A DNA stretch of 40,594 bases, taken from IMG/VR virus record IMGVR_UViG_3300048851_000171, positions 1-40,594 of that record. One strand, 5' to 3'. Below are positions 36,219 through 40,594 of this stretch, in pieces. A model generated the notes under the pieces. It saw nothing but the letters and a program-made list of their open reading frames with translations, searched no databases and was not told the origin of the DNA. The position numbers and the translations under genes were made by a program. Numbering within the stretch: position 1 is the stretch's first letter; each line of letters begins with the position of its first letter. The DNA comes from a virus (lineage: Duplodnaviria; Caudoviricetes).

Positions 36219-37163
36219 ATGACGACACCGAAGACGAATGCCCCGCAGCCCGCCGAGGCCTGCATCACTGCCAGCGCGGCCGCGATCGTCGCGGATCTGG
36301 CCCGTGCCACAACCAAAGCCGAGATGGTCAGCATTCCGACCTCCGGGCTCGGCAATGGCCTGCCCGTCCAGGTGCCGGCCCTGTTCGACCACGAGACGCA
36401 GCAGCTCCGCAGCGTCAAGAACATCATCGACGAGTTCCGGCAGGAGCCCGACCGGCGTGCCGGTACGGCCACGGCGCTCACGCTGCGGAGCTTCATCGAC
36501 CTGGTGAACCGCCACAAGGATGACGGCTCTGTCGTGTTTGGCGAGACGGCATGGCCCAGCCCGAAGCTGACGGCTGTCATCGACTACCACGACCTTGAAC
36601 GCACGGCGCGCTGGGGACGGCATCGGATTAGCTACGCCTTCCCCATCACAGACGAGTTCAAGGCGTGGGTCGCCAACAACGCCAAGGCGATGGAACAGGG
36701 CGAGTTCGCGGCGTTCCTCGAGGAGCACGCGGCAGAGCTGGCCAGCCCCCTAGATGGCGAGAAGAGTGAGTTCGAGCGGCTGTTCAAGGCAACGTTCGCC
36801 AGCCCCAACGAACTGATCGACCTCTCGCGATCGCTCGAAGTGTTCGTCGGCGCAAAGGTGAAGCGCCAGGAGCGGCTTCAGACCGGCGAGCGCACCATCG
36901 AGTTCTCCGAGGAGCACCTCAACGGTAGCGGCGAGAAGATCACGATCCCCGGCATCTTCATGCTGTCCGTGCCAGCGTTCGTCGATGGCCATGCCGTGCG
37001 CATTCCCGCGCGTCTCCGCTACCGGCTGGGAGGCGGTTCGATCACTTGGTTCTACCAGCTCTACCGCTGGGAGTTTTGGCTGCGCGAGCAGGTTGTCTCT
37101 GACCTCCACCGCGTCGGCGAGGAAACCGGCCTTCCGACCTTCGAGGGAAGCCCCGAGGCGTAA
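36219..37163 (+). CDS. DUF2303 family protein
   Basis: SFIDLVNRH, LTAVIDYH, Q.EFAAFLEE, IP..F.L.VP.F, ARLRYR. Confidence 0.85.
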   Translation: MTTPKTNAPQPAEACITASAAAIVADLARATTKAEMVSIPTSGLGNGLPVQVPALFDHETQQLRSVKNIIDEFRQEPDRRAGTATALTLRSFIDLVNRHKDDGSVVFGETAWPSPKLTAVIDYHDLERTARWGRHRISYAFPITDEFKAWVANNAKAMEQGEFAAFLEEHAAELASPLDGEKSEFERLFKATFASPNELIDLSRSLEVFVGAKVKRQERLQTGERTIEFSEEHLNGSGEKITIPGIFMLSVPAFVDGHAVRIPARLRYRLGGGSITWFYQLYRWEFWLREQVVSDLHRVGEETGLPTFEGSPEA

Positions 37164-37253
37164 CCCTCCCGCCTCACGGAGGCACCTCGAAGCAGGGACG
37201 CGCGGTTGTCCGAACCGGCCGCGCGTCCCGCCCTCACCAGTCAGAGAGACAAG

Positions 37254-38417
37254 ATGACCGCCAGCCCTGCCCTCGATTGCACCACGGAACGCGCCGCCCT
37301 CCTGAAGGCGCTGGCCGCCGCCACGCGCGTGGTCGAGAAGCGCACCACCATCCCGATCCTAAACAATGTTCGCCTTGTGGTCGGCAACGGGCGACTATCG
37401 CTCACCGGCACGGACCTCGACATCTCGATCGACACTGCGGCCGACGCCGACGTGAAGACGCCGGGCACCATCACGGTGCCGGCGCACACCTTCAAGGACA
37501 TCGTGCAGAAGCTGCCGGACGGCTCGCAGGTCACGCTGCAGGGCGATGCCGCCGGCGGCAGCCTGGCCGTGAAGGCGGGCCGCTCCCGCTTCAAGCTGCA
37601 GGCGCTCGCCGCCGAGGACTTCCCGGAGCTCGTGCTCGGCGATGTGCCCACGCGCTTCACGCTGGCAGCCGACACGCTGAGCCTGATCATCGACCGCACG
37701 GCTTTCGCAATCTCCACGGAAGAGACGCGCTACTACCTCAACGGCATCCACCTTGAAGCCGCAGAGGACGGGCTGACCGCCGTTGCCACGGACGGCCACC
37801 GCTTGGCTCGCTATGTCACGGCGCTGCCCGATGGCGCGGCCGGCATGCCGGGCATCATCCTGCCCCGCAAAACCGTCATCGAGATCACGCGTCTCCTGTC
37901 CGGCCAGAAAGAGCCCGTGACGGTGGAGATGAGCGCGACAAAGATCCGCCTCACCTTTTCCGGCACGCCGGCCACGCCGGGCGCCGAAGGCCTGCCCACC
38001 GTGCTGGCCTCCAAGCTGATCGACGGCACCTTCCCGGACTATCGCCGCGTGATCCCGCAGGGCAACAGCCGCGTGTTCCGCGTGGAGACTTCAGCCTTCG
38101 CCGCGGCGGTCGATCGCGTCGGCACCATCAGCAGCGAGCGTGGCCGGGCCGTGAAGTTCGCCTTCGGGAAAGATGCGGTCGCGCTCACCGTCACCAATCC
38201 GGACGCAGGCAGCGCCACGGATGAGGTCGAGGCCACGCTCGTGGGTGGCGAGGCCGGAATCGAGATCGGCTTCAACGGCCGCTACATGCAGGATATCCTG
38301 GCCGCGCACGGCGGCGACGCCACGCTGATCAAACTGAACGATCCCGGCTCGCCCACGCTCATCACCGCCGAAGGCGACGACGCCGCCACCTTCGTGCTGA
38401 TGCCGATGAGGGTGTGA
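37254..38417 (+). CDS. dnaN: DNA polymerase III beta sliding clamp (phage-encoded)
   Basis: RTTIPILNNV, TDLDI, FAISTEETRYYLNG, ATDGHRL, SKLIDGTFPDY.RVIP, IGFN.RY, VLMPMRV. Confidence 0.95.
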   Translation: MTASPALDCTTERAALLKALAAATRVVEKRTTIPILNNVRLVVGNGRLSLTGTDLDISIDTAADADVKTPGTITVPAHTFKDIVQKLPDGSQVTLQGDAAGGSLAVKAGRSRFKLQALAAEDFPELVLGDVPTRFTLAADTLSLIIDRTAFAISTEETRYYLNGIHLEAAEDGLTAVATDGHRLARYVTALPDGAAGMPGIILPRKTVIEITRLLSGQKEPVTVEMSATKIRLTFSGTPATPGAEGLPTVLASKLIDGTFPDYRRVIPQGNSRVFRVETSAFAAAVDRVGTISSERGRAVKFAFGKDAVALTVTNPDAGSATDEVEATLVGGEAGIEIGFNGRYMQDILAAHGGDATLIKLNDPGSPTLITAEGDDAATFVLMPMRV

Positions 38418-38689
38418 TGAGCGCCTTCCGGCCAGTTGATCCCGCGAACTACACCGAAACGGCAGCCGAGATGCAGGCCTGGCCGCGCTATGTGCGCGCC
38501 GCCTTCCTCGACATGGATCCGGATTTCGCCCGCTGGCTGGACGCGAACGACAACGGCCCCGAGCCGCCCCACCCGGGCAGCGGCGCCGCCCTGCGGCCCG
38601 AGCCGAACCCCGAACCCGAGCCGGTGCCCGTGCCCGTGCCCGGCGTCTACGATCCCGACCAGGTCAGAAGGCATGGCCATGCCGCGTAG
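38414..38689 (+). CDS. hypothetical protein with Pro-X repeat
   Basis: 91 aa, PEPNPEPEPVPVPVP; coupled to dnaN. Confidence 0.55.
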   Translation: MMSAFRPVDPANYTETAAEMQAWPRYVRAAFLDMDPDFARWLDANDNGPEPPHPGSGAALRPEPNPEPEPVPVPVPGVYDPDQVRRHGHAA

Positions 38690-38918
38690 GGACATCCTGC
38701 CAATTTCTTGCCCGCCTCGAGGACTCAGCCGCGAGGAAGCCGCCGCTTATCTGGGCATCGGTGCCAGCCTGTTCGACCAACTGGTGAAGGAGGGCAAGAT
38801 GCCGGCGGCGACGGCCATCAAGAGCCGAAGGGTGTGGGACCGATTGCGACTTGACGTTGCATTCGATGCGTTGCGGGATGCGGACGACGACGGCGACGAG
38901 ATCGAGTTCGCCGCATAA
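38679..38918 (+). CDS. excisionase / AlpA-like HTH
   Basis: PRGLSREEAAAYLGIG.SLFD.LV.EG.MP...R.VWDR; immediately upstream of the integrase. Confidence 0.85.
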   Translation: MPRRDILPISCPPRGLSREEAAAYLGIGASLFDQLVKEGKMPAATAIKSRRVWDRLRLDVAFDALRDADDDGDEIEFAA

Positions 38919-38921
38919 GCC

Positions 38922-40004
38922 ATGGCCAAGATGAAGCTCCGCTACGCCTACGAGGACCGCGACCGGCACGGCAACACGCGCCGCTACTTCTGGCGCGGCA
39001 AGGGGCACCGCAAGATCAGGCTGACGGCAGAACCCGGCACCAAGGCGTTTGCCGAGGAGTACCGCCGCGCACTGGAGGAAGAGACGGAGAAGCCCGCCAG
39101 CGAGCCGACAGCCCCCGCTATCGTCTTCAACAGCTACCGCTGGCTGTGCGTGCAGTATTTCAGCAGCGCCACCTTCAAGAGGCTGGACGAGCGCACCCAA
39201 CGCGTGCGCCGCGGCATCCTGGAAGCCACCTTCGAAGAGCCTGTCGCGCCCGGCTCCTCAACGCTGTTCGGCCAGGTGCCGGCATCCAAGATGACGGCCA
39301 AAGCTATTCGCGTGCTGCGCGACCGCAAGGTCGACCTGCCAGAGGCCGCCAATGGTCGCGTGAAAGCCGTACGCCAGGTCTTCAGCTTTGCGATCGAGCA
39401 GGACCTGGCGAAGACGAATCCGGCCAAGGACGTGCCTTATCTGCGCAGCGGGTCCGAGGGCCATCATTCGTGGACCATTGCCGAGGTCGAGCAGTTCGAG
39501 GAGCGCCACCCGGTGGGCACGAAGGCGCGGCTCGCGCTGGCGCTCCTGCTCTACCTCGGCACGCGCCGCTCGGATGTCGTGCTGTTCGGCCGGCAGCATG
39601 TCCGTGATGGCTGGCTGCGCTTCACGCAGGTGAAGAACCGCAGGAACAAGCCCATAACGCTGGACCTGCCCGTCCTGCCGGCGCTGCGCGAGATTATCGA
39701 CCAGAGCCCGACCGGCGACCTCACCTTCTTGGTGACGGAGTACGGCAAGCCCTTCACGTCCAATGGATTCGGCAACTGGTTCCGGAAGCGCTGCGACGAG
39801 GCCGGGCTGGGCCATTGCTCCGCGCACGGCCTGCGTAAATCGGGCGCCGCCATCGCCGCCGAGAACGGCGCGACCGAGCACCAGCTCATGGCGATCTTTG
39901 GATGGCTCAGCCCCAAGGAGGCCGCGCGCTATACGCGCGCCGCGCGCCAGAAAACGCTCGCCGCGACGGCTATGCCGCTACTGATGCGGGGAGAGCAGAC
40001 TTAA
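38922..40004 (+). CDS. int: tyrosine integrase
   Basis: DRHG..R.Y arm; GTRRSD, K, HGLRK, GW, RYT catalytic residues. Confidence 0.95.
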   Translation: MAKMKLRYAYEDRDRHGNTRRYFWRGKGHRKIRLTAEPGTKAFAEEYRRALEEETEKPASEPTAPAIVFNSYRWLCVQYFSSATFKRLDERTQRVRRGILEATFEEPVAPGSSTLFGQVPASKMTAKAIRVLRDRKVDLPEAANGRVKAVRQVFSFAIEQDLAKTNPAKDVPYLRSGSEGHHSWTIAEVEQFEERHPVGTKARLALALLLYLGTRRSDVVLFGRQHVRDGWLRFTQVKNRRNKPITLDLPVLPALREIIDQSPTGDLTFLVTEYGKPFTSNGFGNWFRKRCDEAGLGHCSAHGLRKSGAAIAAENGATEHQLMAIFGWLSPKEAARYTRAARQKTLAATAMPLLMRGEQT

Positions 40005-40594
40005 CGCTTACGATGCGCCCGGGCTCTCTGAGTCTTCGTTTCAGAATGACGGTCCGCCCGCGGGACTTCTTTGGGCTTAGGCTCAGCCGTCTCCGAGTCA
40101 GTAAGCGGTCTACCCTTCACAAAGATGCCAGCCAGGCCCGTACCAACACCCAAGAGGCTGACGAGGCTACCAGCCACAGGAGCCTGCCCATAGATGGCAA
40201 CGAGGCAACCGGCCGCGATAAGGGACAAGCTCACCAGAGCCCCGGCTAGTAGCCCGCACAGACGGTAGGTCTGGTTCTTGGAACGAGAGTCCGTCTCAGC
40301 ATCCACATCAGCATCCATCCGCTTGGAGATGCTGGTGATCTGAAGTTCAGCCATCTTGAAGAGACGATCTGTGGCCCCAGGCAGCAACTTCTCGTAGCCA
40401 GCAGCCAGGGAAGGCGGCGGAATTGGGCCTGAGACAGCAAGCGTTGCCTCGTAAATCTCCTCAATGACCTCGCGGCCTTCTGGCGGAAGATTCTCAAGCT
40501 TCGGCAGGATCTGTTCGGGAAGAACCTCAGCAAGCGAGGGGTGGGCCTCTCGCTCCAGAGTTTTAGAGGCGGTCGGCGAGCTCTTTGCGTTCAC
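40001..40594 (-). CDS. DUF2335-like membrane protein (5' end at window edge)
   Basis: SGPIPPP...YEKLLPGATDRLFKMAE followed by two TM helices. Confidence 0.75.
   Translation of the reverse strand: MNAKSSPTASKTLEREAHPSLAEVLPEQILPKLENLPPEGREVIEEIYEATLAVSGPIPPPSLAAGYEKLLPGATDRLFKMAELQITSISKRMDADVDAETDSRSKNQTYRLCGLLAGALVSLSLIAAGCLVAIYGQAPVAGSLVSLLGVGTGLAGIFVKGRPLTDSETAEPKPKEVPRADRHSETKTQRARAHRKR

Larger units (their letters stand above)
1..40004. mobile_element. temperate siphovirus prophage (HK97-type head, cos packaging); ends not resolved
   Basis: Complete ordered modules from lysis to integrase. Confidence 0.95.

Noticed and set aside
1-40594. attL/attR, tRNA or other RNA genes
   Set aside because: No terminal direct repeat or cloverleaf recognised; prophage boundaries probably lie outside the window

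Overview
The window is almost entirely one apparently intact temperate siphovirus prophage of about 40 kb, GC-rich. The host is probably alphaproteobacterial/Rhizobiales, inferred from the alpha-type LexA box, the RcGTA-like head-spike genes and the DnaN sequence. From right to left it contains: a DUF2335-like membrane gene; tyrosine integrase and Xis; a + strand early operon (HD hydrolase, DUF2303, full-length beta sliding clamp); a LexA-boxed two-gene cassette; a cI/cro switch with GCTAC-N5-GTAGC operators; a - strand early operon (CII-like, CHC2/Toprim primase, three DNA methyltransferases, an inverted HicAB, SF3 helicase, 9-mer iteron origin); HNH, cos, TerS/TerL, portal, ClpP and HK97 capsid; neck, tail tube, chaperones, tape measure, tail tip and fibre; a head-spike pair; an inverted AT-richer HEPN-motif moron; and the lysis cassette. 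No att site, tRNA, CRISPR array or reverse transcriptase was seen. All family assignments come from motif recognition and synteny, not from database searches. The best leads are the HEPN moron, the C5 methyltransferase with about 9 tandem TRD-like repeats, the SOS-boxed cassette next to cI, and a tail G/T gene pair with no canonical slippery site.
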